From: a virus
Strand: one strand, 5' to 3'
DNA: 64,000 bases
IMG/VR virus record: IMGVR_UViG_3300026488_000010
The position numbers were made by a program, and so were the translations under genes. The notes under the pieces were generated by a model. It worked only from the letters and a program-made list of their open reading frames with translations, was not told the origin of the DNA and searched no databases. Positions 28,959-39,344 of the stretch are shown in pieces (positions within the stretch are counted from its first letter, which is position 1; every line of letters starts with the position of its first letter).

Positions 28959-29945
28959 AAATAGTTTAATTAAATGTGTGCCTGTTTCTTTTAATAGTAA
29001 TTTTAACTCAGCATCAATACCTTTATATATTGTACATAATTCCGAAATTACTCCACCATTTTTTACTTGTTCAAAAATACATCCTTTATGACATGTGTTT
29101 TTAATTTTACACGAATTGCATTGATCTAAATAATCATTTCCAAAATTCTTTTTAAATTTTAAATAAACACTATCATCTCTTAAAAATCTTTCACATGGTA
29201 TTATATCTTTACTCTTTGGAGAAATCGCAAAATATTTAATACCTGCTTGACAATTAGTTTTTTGATACCCAGTATAAGAATATTCAATTATTGGACTAAG
29301 ATATGTTTTAATTAATCCAGGTAATTGATTATAAGTTGTGCATTGCTTGATCATTGGTATCATATAATTAATATAATTTCGAAAATCAATTATAAAATAT
29401 TCTGATTGTAAAGCATTCCATGTACCCATGTCACGGACAAGTGTTACATCAATAGTTAATAATTCTGAATCAAACATCTTTTGAAAACTTTTTTCTAAGT
29501 TTATAAGATAATTACTATGCAATTTAAAATCACCACCAACAACCATACAATGTATTCTAGCATTATGTGATAGATATTCTTTAGCAAAAACTTTTTTTGT
29601 ACCTCTATGAACTTCTTGATTTTCACCATCATGCGATATTGTTATATTTACTTTAGGATTATTTATTATATCAATAACCCTAGAATTATAAATTGTACCA
29701 TTTGATGTTATATTTATTTTTTTACAATTATCAATTTGTAATTTCTTGATGATATATTCAACATCATCCAAATTTAAAAATGGTTCCCCACCAAATATAT
29801 CAAATACAAATTCTTCATGTTTAATTGATAATAATAATTCATCAAAATCTGATAACGATATTTTATTTTTATTATTCACATCAATATCACAATATGTACA
29901 ATTCATATTACACTGCTCAGATAAAACATAATGATACGTCTTCAT
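28938..29945 (-). CDS. Radical SAM/SPASM maturase-like protein
   Basis: CNMNCTYC, FGGEP, CQAG...IIPCERF, CNSCKIKNTCHKGC, LCTIY. Confidence 0.9.
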   Translation of the reverse strand: MKTYHYVLSEQCNMNCTYCDIDVNNKNKISLSDFDELLLSIKHEEFVFDIFGGEPFLNLDDVEYIIKKLQIDNCKKINITSNGTIYNSRVIDIINNPKVNITISHDGENQEVHRGTKKVFAKEYLSHNARIHCMVVGGDFKLHSNYLINLEKSFQKMFDSELLTIDVTLVRDMGTWNALQSEYFIIDFRNYINYMIPMIKQCTTYNQLPGLIKTYLSPIIEYSYTGYQKTNCQAGIKYFAISPKSKDIIPCERFLRDDSVYLKFKKNFGNDYLDQCNSCKIKNTCHKGCIFEQVKNGGVISELCTIYKGIDAELKLLLKETGTHLIKLFVEDSKR

Positions 29946-29964
29946 GACTTTCCTTTTACTTATT

Positions 29965-30119
29965 ATTTCTATATTAACTCAAAACGATCTTTAAAGATCG
30001 TTGTATTTCTATGCTAACTTTTCTATCTTTAAAGATCATTTTGTAAACTGTCGATATACTAACGATATACAACACTATCTGAACTATAGATTTTAAAACG
30101 ATCTTTAAAGATCGTTTTA
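29965..30119. promoter_or_regulatory. Cluster of the palindromic element (three cores, two ATTTCTAT modules)
   Basis: atttctatattaactc + aaaacgatctttaaagatcgtt; atttctatgctaact + ttctatctttaaagatc; perfect 26-bp palindrome at 30094-30119. Confidence 0.8.
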
Positions 30120-30139
30120 TTTGAAATCAAGGACAAGAA

Positions 30140-30162
30140 TATAAGACGCTTAGCGTCTTATA
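30140..30162 (-). terminator. Terminator hairpin at the end of 30158..32233
   Basis: tataagacgc-tta-gcgtcttata, then TTCTTGTCCTT on minus. Confidence 0.8.
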
Positions 30163-32233
30163 CTTTTACTTCTACTTCGTTACAGAATTCATCTTCTATT
30201 GAATTAGATAATGCAACTCCAACCAAATCCATTCTTTTATCAAGACTTAATTGTTTTAATTGTTTTTTATTTATACCAATAACATAACCTAGATCATCAT
30301 CATCTGGAAATATATAATCACCTTTTGATATAAATTGTTTTGTTTTAACAGGTACTCTTCCAGATAAAGCTATAAAAATATACCCATGATCTTTGAATCC
30401 ATCCCCAAACGATGTTTTATCATTAAGTTCTAAACCTGGGTTTGTACTAACAATACCAGCTAAAGGTAAATCTGGATCATACAACGTAACTTCTTTATCT
30501 CCACCAAGAGATAATAATGTTCCAGGTGCATAATCTAAATCACTTAAATAATTTTCAGCAACATCGCCATAATATGCAGATGTTGCTACACCGTTAAATT
30601 TATCAGCGGTCATTTCATAACCACCAGCATCAACATCACAATTGATATCTAATCGTGTACCATTAATTGTTTGAGACCCTGTACTAGAACCAAGAGTATT
30701 AGCCCCTTTAAGATTAGCGCCACCCTTTGATGTTAGATAACCTGTTAAATTTGTCTCATCAGTAACTGTTAACACACCTGTTACATCTAAATTACCATCA
30801 ACTGTTAAAACATCTGTAACTGTTAAGTTACCGTTTGCTGTATGATTTTGTGTCCCAGTAGTCGCAGCATCACCATATGTTATCTCACCATGCAATTCAA
30901 TGTTTCCATATACCGTTAAATTTTGTGCATCATCAGTTGCACCAATAACAACAGGCCCACCTAATAAATCAGCACCATCATCTTTAACTATGAGTTTTTT
31001 ATCAAATGTACCAGAACCCTTTACAACTAGATTCCCATCATCGGTTGTAATATCACCTTTTTTGGTATATATTGCACCCTCTGTTGTAATATTTAATCCA
31101 CCATTTTTTGTTTGGAATCCAGAATCAACAAAACAATGACCGCTTGATGAATCAATGTCTCCTGTAACTTTTAAATAACCATTTTGTGTTTCAAAATTAC
31201 CAATAGTTGCGAAATATCCAGTTGCGTCTGTATGATAACCTGCAGTACATGATATAGACCCATTTGCTGTTTCAATGTTACCAACAGTTGTTTTAATTAT
31301 ACCGTCGCCTGTTGTGATACTACCAGTATCAGCGCTAAAACCTACAGATGTTGTATGAACTCCTGTACTTGCATTAACGTGTCCGCTATCAATTTCAAGT
31401 GAACCACTAGTGCTATGAATATCCAAAGTACATTCTAATCCACCACTTGCTGTATCAAAGTCACCTGATGTTGCTTTATATCCACCACTGTCAGTGATAT
31501 ACCCAATCTTGACCGTGCTTTTACCTGCGGTGCTCACAAAGTTACCATTAATAGTTAAAGAATTTTCTGTATTAGAACTAGACGTTATTTTAGCAACACC
31601 GTTCTTAACTTCAAAATCTGTCTGTACTGTTAAATCACCTGTACAATAAACCTTCTGATAAAGATTAGAATCACCTAAAACAATAGAAGTCTTTGGAGCA
31701 TCCAAAGATAACATTGTACCATTTAAATAATTATATGATGCGTTATCATCTACAATATAAACCCATGGTCTTTCAGCTAATGTGTTTGCACCTGAATAAC
31801 CAGTTTTAAATCCTGACACACTATCAATTACAGGTGTATAAATAGGACCAGTAAAATATGATAAATATTGTAATCTTTCATTATCTATTTGATCTCTAAT
31901 AAACTGATCATTTCTTTTATAATCTTTTGTTAATGTTCCAATAACATGATAGTTATTAGCGAGCTCTGAAAATGCAAATGATTTTAGATTATCAACATCA
32001 ACTTGTGTCTTAACACTTTGAACTTTAAGCTCTTCAACTTCATCGGCAATTTCAGATTGCAATGTGTTTAATTTAATCGATAACGTTGCCTCATTGTTTT
32101 GGATAGATGCTCTTGATTCTTCCAAATTTCTATCTGTACTTAATTCTAATTCATATAAATTAACTTTAAGTTCTGCAGCATTAAAGCTTTTTGCATTTAA
32201 TGTTGCGATCTCTTGTAATATTGATTTTGCCAT
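30158..32233 (-). CDS. Tail fibre/spike with C-terminal peptidase G2-like intramolecular chaperone
   Basis: Coiled-coil N-terminus, Gly/Thr beta repeats, ATSAYYGDVAENYLSDLDYAPGT...GIVSTNPG...IALSGRVPVK. Confidence 0.75.
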   Translation of the reverse strand: MAKSILQEIATLNAKSFNAAELKVNLYELELSTDRNLEESRASIQNNEATLSIKLNTLQSEIADEVEELKVQSVKTQVDVDNLKSFAFSELANNYHVIGTLTKDYKRNDQFIRDQIDNERLQYLSYFTGPIYTPVIDSVSGFKTGYSGANTLAERPWVYIVDDNASYNYLNGTMLSLDAPKTSIVLGDSNLYQKVYCTGDLTVQTDFEVKNGVAKITSSSNTENSLTINGNFVSTAGKSTVKIGYITDSGGYKATSGDFDTASGGLECTLDIHSTSGSLEIDSGHVNASTGVHTTSVGFSADTGSITTGDGIIKTTVGNIETANGSISCTAGYHTDATGYFATIGNFETQNGYLKVTGDIDSSSGHCFVDSGFQTKNGGLNITTEGAIYTKKGDITTDDGNLVVKGSGTFDKKLIVKDDGADLLGGPVVIGATDDAQNLTVYGNIELHGEITYGDAATTGTQNHTANGNLTVTDVLTVDGNLDVTGVLTVTDETNLTGYLTSKGGANLKGANTLGSSTGSQTINGTRLDINCDVDAGGYEMTADKFNGVATSAYYGDVAENYLSDLDYAPGTLLSLGGDKEVTLYDPDLPLAGIVSTNPGLELNDKTSFGDGFKDHGYIFIALSGRVPVKTKQFISKGDYIFPDDDDLGYVIGINKKQLKQLSLDKRMDLVGVALSNSIEDEFCNEVEVKV

Positions 32234-32241
32234 TTGATCTC

Positions 32242-32706
32242 CTATAATCCATATGTTTTTATAACATCATTAATATTTTCAATGATGATTCTTACACTTT
32301 TGGGTGATGTTATATCAACCCGAACTTTATTTGAATCTATAATAGTTATAGGAGCAATTGAATTTTGCCAACCTATATCTTCTTCGATCCATACATCAAT
32401 TTTTAAAAATTCCGAATCAAAATTATGTATGAATGTGTGTGACAATGCTGCAACACCTTCATACACCTTTGTTCTATCATTAATTGAATTAATTGTTCTA
32501 TCTAAAGACTCTTCAGATGTTCCAACAACTCCTCCAACCAACACATCAATTTTATCTAAGGCATCACTTAAATTGAGTGCACCTTCTAAATTACCATTGT
32601 AATTTTTTATATTAATTGTTGACGATGATTGTGTTTTAAATAATAAATCAGCAGCTAATACATTTTGCGTAATACCTTCTGATGTAATAACGTCTATATA
32701 CTTCAT
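32242..32706 (-). CDS. Putative virion protein
   Basis: HTFIHNFDS...IDSNKVRV, a beta motif seen in tail proteins. Confidence 0.55.
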   Translation of the reverse strand: MKYIDVITSEGITQNVLAADLLFKTQSSSTINIKNYNGNLEGALNLSDALDKIDVLVGGVVGTSEESLDRTINSINDRTKVYEGVAALSHTFIHNFDSEFLKIDVWIEEDIGWQNSIAPITIIDSNKVRVDITSPKSVRIIIENINDVIKTYGL

Positions 32707-33149
32707 ACATCCTCCTCAGGCAACAAACTTTCCTCTAGGTATGGATTAGTATTAAACGCTACATAATCGATCGTTATATGTGAGTATTGAGTGATTCTAT
32801 CTAACGGAACATTAGTACCAGTAATATCAAAAAATAATATATTATCAGTTGATATTGATAATTGGATATCTGTCGGCAATGCAACATCACCAACAGATAA
32901 AAAATACATATTTGATAAGTATACCATTTTTGGTAAAGGTATACTTAATATATTATTTTCTAAGGTTACTCCTGTAACAACACGTTCTCTTTTAAATATC
33001 AAATTAAATTCATCATTAAAGAGTTTAAATAACTCTTTAATTGATTTTCCTTGAAGTTGATGAGAATTTCTAGAGATGATTGTTCCATCATCTATTGCTG
33101 AAACAATAGTCTTAACTATTGTTTCATAATTATCTATAATTACACTCAT
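32703..33149 (-). CDS. Hypothetical protein
   Basis: ORF track, AGGAG RBS, ATGA overlap. Confidence 0.65.
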   Translation of the reverse strand: MSVIIDNYETIVKTIVSAIDDGTIISRNSHQLQGKSIKELFKLFNDEFNLIFKRERVVTGVTLENNILSIPLPKMVYLSNMYFLSVGDVALPTDIQLSISTDNILFFDITGTNVPLDRITQYSHITIDYVAFNTNPYLEESLLPEEDV

Positions 33150-33158
33150 CTAATTCTC

Positions 33159-36100
33159 CTAAGTAATAATAATTTTCACTTTACCAATTGCGACTGCACC
33201 TGATTCATCAATAATTTTATACTCGAAATTATCAATACCAGTGTATCCAGCATTTGGTGTGTATCGTAATACTCCTGGTTCATAAGTTCCAGGGTTTGCA
33301 TCACCTTCTAAGATTGTAATACTTCCTCTAGCGGGTTCAATTAAACCATCTCTATTAGAAATTATAGCAATTCTTTCAGATGCTGTATGTCCATCATTAA
33401 CTAACACGTCTAAAGAAACGTCAGATGAATCTTTAATCACAGTAAACGTGTCAGGAGTTGTATATGGACCCGTAACAACAACATTAACTGATCCAGTTGC
33501 AATTTGACCATTATCATCGATAATAGTATATACAAATAAATCAATACCTGCATAATTAGGCTCAGGTGTAAAGAATACTTTTGCTGTAATAGCTTTTGTA
33601 TATCCACTTGCAATATCAGAGCCAAATGTCGAATTGATCGCAACTCTATATCCAGCAGGATTGATACTCGAAACATCAAATATAATATCTTTACCATTAA
33701 CAGATTTTGGAACATCTATAAAGTTTCCAGATGTATCTACTAACACATATGCACTTATATCTTCATCAAATGCATGATAATAAACAATTGATGATGCTTC
33801 TAATCTAACTGACCCATGCTGAGGCTGAGAAACATTGTGTATATAAATATTTTCACCACGTGAATGAGAATCGTTGCCTATCACATCAATTTCACTTTCA
33901 TTATAATTTTTAGGAATTATAATTGAATCATTTGATGTATATGGACCACACGGACTTGAAATGAGATTTGAACTTAATGAACCATAAGTTGTTTCATAGT
34001 CGTCACAACCATATCTATATGCTCCAATTTTCTGATTACTATAACTCAATTCATCAAAGAATAGATCACCTTCTGTAACAGGTGCTTCACCTAATGTGAA
34101 TACTCTAATTCTATTATACTCTGCAGTGTAGTTTGAAATCAAGTTATTATTTGATTGTATAAAGTTCTCGAGTCTATTAACTTCTTCAAGAGCAGTTATC
34201 TTATCGATAATAGTTGAATCAGGATTATTGATGATAGTATTATATGTCGTCTGAGCTCTTAATAAATCATCAGATAATGTATTAACCATTGATAATCGTT
34301 TTCTTAATCTATCTGTAATATATGTATAGTTAAAGATTGTTCGTTGATGATCATCCATTAAGAATATATCAAGTTTTAACGAATCAGAATTTAAAACATT
34401 AGCTGCAGCATTATCTCTTGTTAAAGTATTTGCTAATATTTGATTGGCATTAGTAATTTTTTCAATACTTGCATCAGTTCTAACAATATTCATTCTATCA
34501 ACCATTGATTCCATAATGTCAATATATACTTGGATGTTTGCACCCATACTTTTTAAAGTATTGATGTAACCAACATCAGTTGTATATTGTTCAAGATTTG
34601 CTTGAGCATTTGCTTCTTCTGATTCAATAGCAGTTTTTAATAAACTAATCTTTGCACTAAATGTTTGCGCATCATTAATAATTAAATCAACATTTTCAAA
34701 ATATTCAACATTTTCAAAATCATCACCAATTTCAAATCTTGCAATTTGTAATTTGTAAGCATTTATCTTTAAAAAAGTTTCTTTTTGTGTATCTTTAAAT
34801 GTTGATAAATACGTTGATAAAAATGTAAATTTTTGAGCATAAACACTATCAATTAAAATTTTTAACTTAACAAGCATCAAACTGATATCTCTAAATGTTC
34901 TAAAATTTAATGAAACATCTGTTATAAAATTTGCACGCTTACCTGAATCAATCTGAGATAGTTCTTCATTTGAATTTATATTTAGTGCAGTTCCCCATAT
35001 GTCTTCAGCACGCGTACCATTCTTAAACCAACGAGGCAGAATTTTATATAATATCATCATTAAAATTTCTGGATCAGATGTGTAATAGTTAGGATTCGTA
35101 GCTGAATTTGTATTATATAATAAACCAATTTCTGCGGAATGATTAATATCTGAGCCATCAGGATTTGTTCCTAATTTTTCTTCATAATCTGCAACTTTTA
35201 ATTCTAAATCTAAATTGCGTTTTTCAAGATACTCGTTTGCTGTGTCCATATTAATAACTGTATCATTAGCTGTATATTCTCTTTCATATTCTTCAGCTGT
35301 ACCAAATAATGATAAAAGATTATTAGTCTGTATCTCATTAGCATGTTCAATGGAGAGTACTAGTTGATTACATGCAGTTGCAAATCCAACTCGCACAGCA
35401 CTTGGATAATATCTAGAACTAATTTGTCCACTAGAATCAGTTAAGATATAATTTTCAATTGTTCTTGTTTGATTATTAGTATCAAATAATGTATTAGCAT
35501 CTTGTAAGAAATAATGAGAACCAGTGTTCATCGTTAATAACGTATGATCTGCTGGTAAGTTGTGTTTCTCAGCATTTAATGTTATTACACCACCTGTATA
35601 AATTAAATGATTACCTTCATTATATTCATTTAAATATAATCCAACTACTTTTGAAAAGTGTTGTTGTGATGCTTCAGATCGTTTATATAGACCAGTTTCT
35701 TCATCAAGATAACACATATCTCCAGATCTTAAATCAGTTTCAGGATCACCAATCTTATATAGTTGCTCTTCTGCAACTGCAAAGAAGTTTGCATTAGTCA
35801 TACCCATTGATGAATATATTGCTCTAGATTGATCACCAAAATATTCAAATAATAGTTTATAGTTTTGAATATATAATTTACTTAAATATTGTGGATCAAT
35901 ACCATAAACATGATCACCAATTACTGGAGGATTCGATTGTATGATCTTACCAGCATCTTGAGCATATGCAGTATTTGGAACATCTTCTGCAACTTTAAAT
36001 GTTGCAATCAGTAAACCAGGTTTACCCGAGAATTCTATAGTTGAATTGACACCATCTAAAGATGTGTCAATATAATCACAAGTTACTACTGATTGATCTT

Positions 36101-36572
36101 CAGCTCTTGGGAAGTGTAATGCATCATAATCAATAAATCGAATACGAGCAATATTATCTGCGCGTTGTTCAATATAATCATACTCAATTACAACACCATA
36201 TTTTAAACCCGCTAATAGTTCAGTCTCTTCAAAGATATAATAAGTGTCTTCATAGATATCAATTAATTGATTATCTATCATACAAGCACCAGATTTGATC
36301 TTAAAAATATTATATGTTTTATTTTGAATTAACCAATCAACTTCTACAGGTATCTCTTCATCATTAACTGTAACTTCAAAACCATGAATATAACTTACAA
36401 CCGTTTCTTCTGCAGGCGTCTTTCTAAAACTTGAAAAAGTTCTAGCAACCATTCGAAGATAATCTGTAGGTTTTCTATCAGATGGTTTTAAACCGTGTTT
36501 TTGATATGTGCTTAGTTCTGAAACGGTAGGATCAATATTAACTATTTTACCACCTACTAATACTTTTGGCAT
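33159..36572 (-). CDS. Large virion protein with coiled coil and two C-terminal Ig-like (Big_9/cadherin-like) domains
   Basis: FTPEPNYAGIDLFVYTIIDDNG and YTPNAGYTGIDNFEYKIIDESG. Confidence 0.75.
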   Translation of the reverse strand: MPKVLVGGKIVNIDPTVSELSTYQKHGLKPSDRKPTDYLRMVARTFSSFRKTPAEETVVSYIHGFEVTVNDEEIPVEVDWLIQNKTYNIFKIKSGACMIDNQLIDIYEDTYYIFEETELLAGLKYGVVIEYDYIEQRADNIARIRFIDYDALHFPRAEDQSVVTCDYIDTSLDGVNSTIEFSGKPGLLIATFKVAEDVPNTAYAQDAGKIIQSNPPVIGDHVYGIDPQYLSKLYIQNYKLLFEYFGDQSRAIYSSMGMTNANFFAVAEEQLYKIGDPETDLRSGDMCYLDEETGLYKRSEASQQHFSKVVGLYLNEYNEGNHLIYTGGVITLNAEKHNLPADHTLLTMNTGSHYFLQDANTLFDTNNQTRTIENYILTDSSGQISSRYYPSAVRVGFATACNQLVLSIEHANEIQTNNLLSLFGTAEEYEREYTANDTVINMDTANEYLEKRNLDLELKVADYEEKLGTNPDGSDINHSAEIGLLYNTNSATNPNYYTSDPEILMMILYKILPRWFKNGTRAEDIWGTALNINSNEELSQIDSGKRANFITDVSLNFRTFRDISLMLVKLKILIDSVYAQKFTFLSTYLSTFKDTQKETFLKINAYKLQIARFEIGDDFENVEYFENVDLIINDAQTFSAKISLLKTAIESEEANAQANLEQYTTDVGYINTLKSMGANIQVYIDIMESMVDRMNIVRTDASIEKITNANQILANTLTRDNAAANVLNSDSLKLDIFLMDDHQRTIFNYTYITDRLRKRLSMVNTLSDDLLRAQTTYNTIINNPDSTIIDKITALEEVNRLENFIQSNNNLISNYTAEYNRIRVFTLGEAPVTEGDLFFDELSYSNQKIGAYRYGCDDYETTYGSLSSNLISSPCGPYTSNDSIIIPKNYNESEIDVIGNDSHSRGENIYIHNVSQPQHGSVRLEASSIVYYHAFDEDISAYVLVDTSGNFIDVPKSVNGKDIIFDVSSINPAGYRVAINSTFGSDIASGYTKAITAKVFFTPEPNYAGIDLFVYTIIDDNGQIATGSVNVVVTGPYTTPDTFTVIKDSSDVSLDVLVNDGHTASERIAIISNRDGLIEPARGSITILEGDANPGTYEPGVLRYTPNAGYTGIDNFEYKIIDESGAVAIGKVKIIIT

Positions 36573-36582
36573 CTAAGCTCCT

Positions 36583-37086
36583 TTATTCTTTTATTTGTTT
36601 TTGTAATGATGAATCATATACTTGTAGAACATCTATAAGTTCTAATTCAATCTGTCCCAAAATTTTATAAACTGTTGATGTAGCAATGCTAAATATTAAT
36701 TCATTTAACACATCTAAATATTGACCATAATGATTTAATTTTGATATTAGATCTAATGATTCAGCATTTCCATCATTCTTAATATTGTCTTGAAGGATAG
36801 TTATCTTTGATGATAAATCAGATAATTTATCATATAATACAAACTGTAAGAATTTATCTTCAGTTCCTTCTAATTCAAACATTAGATTCTCTTCAGGTGA
36901 TAGCTCCGGTTCTGGTTGCTCTTGACCTTCTTGTTCCTCTTGACCCTCTTGTTCAGACCTTTGATTAGGATCCTCTTTAGACGCATCAGGTTCATCATCA
37001 GAGTTTATTTCCTCTGCTTCTAATAGAAGAAATAAAGGTAAGTTTGTTTCTTCTAAAATTTGTCGTTGTCTATCTGTGAGTATCAT
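36583..37086 (-). CDS. Acidic putative head protein
   Basis: ILEE/LLLEA motifs, Glu/Gln linker, next to the portal gene. Confidence 0.5.
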   Translation of the reverse strand: MILTDRQRQILEETNLPLFLLLEAEEINSDDEPDASKEDPNQRSEQEGQEEQEGQEQPEPELSPEENLMFELEGTEDKFLQFVLYDKLSDLSSKITILQDNIKNDGNAESLDLISKLNHYGQYLDVLNELIFSIATSTVYKILGQIELELIDVLQVYDSSLQKQIKE

Positions 37087-37115
37087 TATATCTCCTTTTG
37101 TTCAGGCACGTGAGG

Positions 37116-39335
37116 TTAGAAACCACCTCCGCCACCATCTTCTGGTTGAGCCATTAATTGCTCTTTCGCTTGTTTCTTGATGAATGAGTCACCAGTTTTC
37201 ATAAGATCTGCCCAATTCATTTGTGGGATATATAATCTTAATAATTCTTCAGGATCTATCACAACCTCTGCAGATTTTAACATTCCAATAATATTAGTAA
37301 CAGAACTTACTAATGCCTCATTTGCTTGCACTGTAAGAACCAATGGAGGATTTAATCCAAATTGGTAGTAATTACTTAAGAGAAAATCAGATGAATCATA
37401 GTTATTATTTTCAAGAACTATATTAAAAATCGAGTTAATAAGTTGTCCCAAAGCATCATCAATATTTGCTTGATAACTTGAAATAGTAGTTGCAAATGAT
37501 GTATTAAGATTAACTAATGTTTCTCTTAAATCAACTTGATCTCCAATATTTAAATAAACTGAAGGTATACCAGTTGCCGCTATAAGTTCATTACGAAGAT
37601 CTTGCATATCATTCAATGGTAAAGATCTATCACCCATAGGCATAACTTCCATATCAATAAATCTTTGCCCATTTACTTGTATAGTTGCTAAGTCACGGAA
37701 ATCTGTAATAACTTTACTAATATTTTTAACATTAGATAAACTATCAAAAGAGATTGATTTATTACTAATATCTTTTTTAACCTTAGCTATAATCTCTGCA
37801 TGATTCTTTTTATTACCTGCTTCAACTGTCCATTTACGAACTACTGATGCTCTTGATAATCTAGAAACGATACTTGACATCAAAGCTAATGTGTACATTT
37901 TTACTGGTTGAATAATTGGATCAAATATAGATGTACCATATGGCCCAAATTTATCAACATTTGTGCTAAAGTTAACTAACTTATTAGCTGGAACATATCT
38001 GAACTTTAATTTTGATTTCTCTTTAATTTTATGATATAAAATTACTTTGATACTTGACGCAACAGTTTCCGATAAATCTAAATCATTTAGATTCTTTGAG
38101 TGTGAGTTTACAATAGTTTCATTAAGTTTTTTGATTACACCTTTCGACATATTCTCTATAACTTTATTAGTAATATCTTCTTCTGATGATTTATTTGTAC
38201 TTCCACTACTATTTTCTTGTTGTGTAAATCTTTTAAATACATCAATCTCTTCGCCATTTTGTTGAGCAAGTTCTTCAACAATTAAGTACCCATATAGAAT
38301 TGAATCTTTTTCAACAATAATTGTTTGTGATGGTGAAATATTTTTAATATAAATATCTTGAATTGAATCAAATTCTAATTCAACAATATCGTCAAACTTA
38401 TATTCAGCATCTTCTGATAATACATCAGAATAATAACCTATTGAATCTTCTTGAATTAAAGATGGACCCATTGATTTTAAAATATTTTTGAATTGTTGAG
38501 TAATATCGGTTTTATCTTCTGATTCAGTAACTATTTCACCAGTCTCGGGTAATGGTACAACATCTGTTTCAAATATACAATAACCTAGATCTTGAGACTT
38601 TGGAATAGTTGTACCTAAAGCGTATGATTCTGTAATTAATTCAGTCTTTGATGCTATATCAGAAACTGATTTTAGGTTTAAAATCTCTATAAAAGAGTTA
38701 CCATATTTTAGCATATCCGGAACGATCTTAGTCTTTAATTTCTTTTGTAAATCAAAATATACAGTAGCAGTCTTTAAAAAGTTCTCATAATGTTTACCAA
38801 CATCTTCTTTAATTGTTTGAAGAAAGTTAACATTATTTGGATTAGGATTAATATTAATAAATTGTTTTGTTTGAACATTCTTGATAAGAATGTTATCAAG
38901 ATATACTTTAAGCATTCGATATGCAATAAAGTTCATGTTTGGAATTTCTTCATAAAATTGATAACGTTTTTTACGTTCTGTTGGGACGGATACATCCGAT
39001 AGGTTACCAAGTATGTCATTATTTGTTGAATTTAATAATCTTTCGATATCTTTTTCAATTTTTTGTTCTTCTGGTAATTCATCTTCAGTTGGAATATCCG
39101 TTCTCTTAGAATTTAACTGTTTAGATAGTTCTTGAACTTCAATTGTTTGCATCTTAGATGAATATGTGTTATATGTGTTAAGATTACCAACAATGCTATT
39201 ATATAATTTATCAAATTGATCATCAATATTCATTAATGCTTGAGCGGGCTCAATTATACTTCGTCCAGTTTGTGCTTGTTCTGCTTGTTCTTCAGGAACT
39301 TCTTGTTCCTCGTTATTATTTCCCCATAAACCCAT
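37116..39335 (-). CDS. Portal protein (T4 gp20-like)
   Basis: YGTSIFDP, SRLSRASVVRKWTVEAGN and DLRNELIAATGIPSVYL follow the gp20 pattern. Confidence 0.8.
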   Translation of the reverse strand: MGLWGNNNEEQEVPEEQAEQAQTGRSIIEPAQALMNIDDQFDKLYNSIVGNLNTYNTYSSKMQTIEVQELSKQLNSKRTDIPTEDELPEEQKIEKDIERLLNSTNNDILGNLSDVSVPTERKKRYQFYEEIPNMNFIAYRMLKVYLDNILIKNVQTKQFININPNPNNVNFLQTIKEDVGKHYENFLKTATVYFDLQKKLKTKIVPDMLKYGNSFIEILNLKSVSDIASKTELITESYALGTTIPKSQDLGYCIFETDVVPLPETGEIVTESEDKTDITQQFKNILKSMGPSLIQEDSIGYYSDVLSEDAEYKFDDIVELEFDSIQDIYIKNISPSQTIIVEKDSILYGYLIVEELAQQNGEEIDVFKRFTQQENSSGSTNKSSEEDITNKVIENMSKGVIKKLNETIVNSHSKNLNDLDLSETVASSIKVILYHKIKEKSKLKFRYVPANKLVNFSTNVDKFGPYGTSIFDPIIQPVKMYTLALMSSIVSRLSRASVVRKWTVEAGNKKNHAEIIAKVKKDISNKSISFDSLSNVKNISKVITDFRDLATIQVNGQRFIDMEVMPMGDRSLPLNDMQDLRNELIAATGIPSVYLNIGDQVDLRETLVNLNTSFATTISSYQANIDDALGQLINSIFNIVLENNNYDSSDFLLSNYYQFGLNPPLVLTVQANEALVSSVTNIIGMLKSAEVVIDPEELLRLYIPQMNWADLMKTGDSFIKKQAKEQLMAQPEDGGGGGF

Positions 39336-39344
39336 AGTTGCCTC

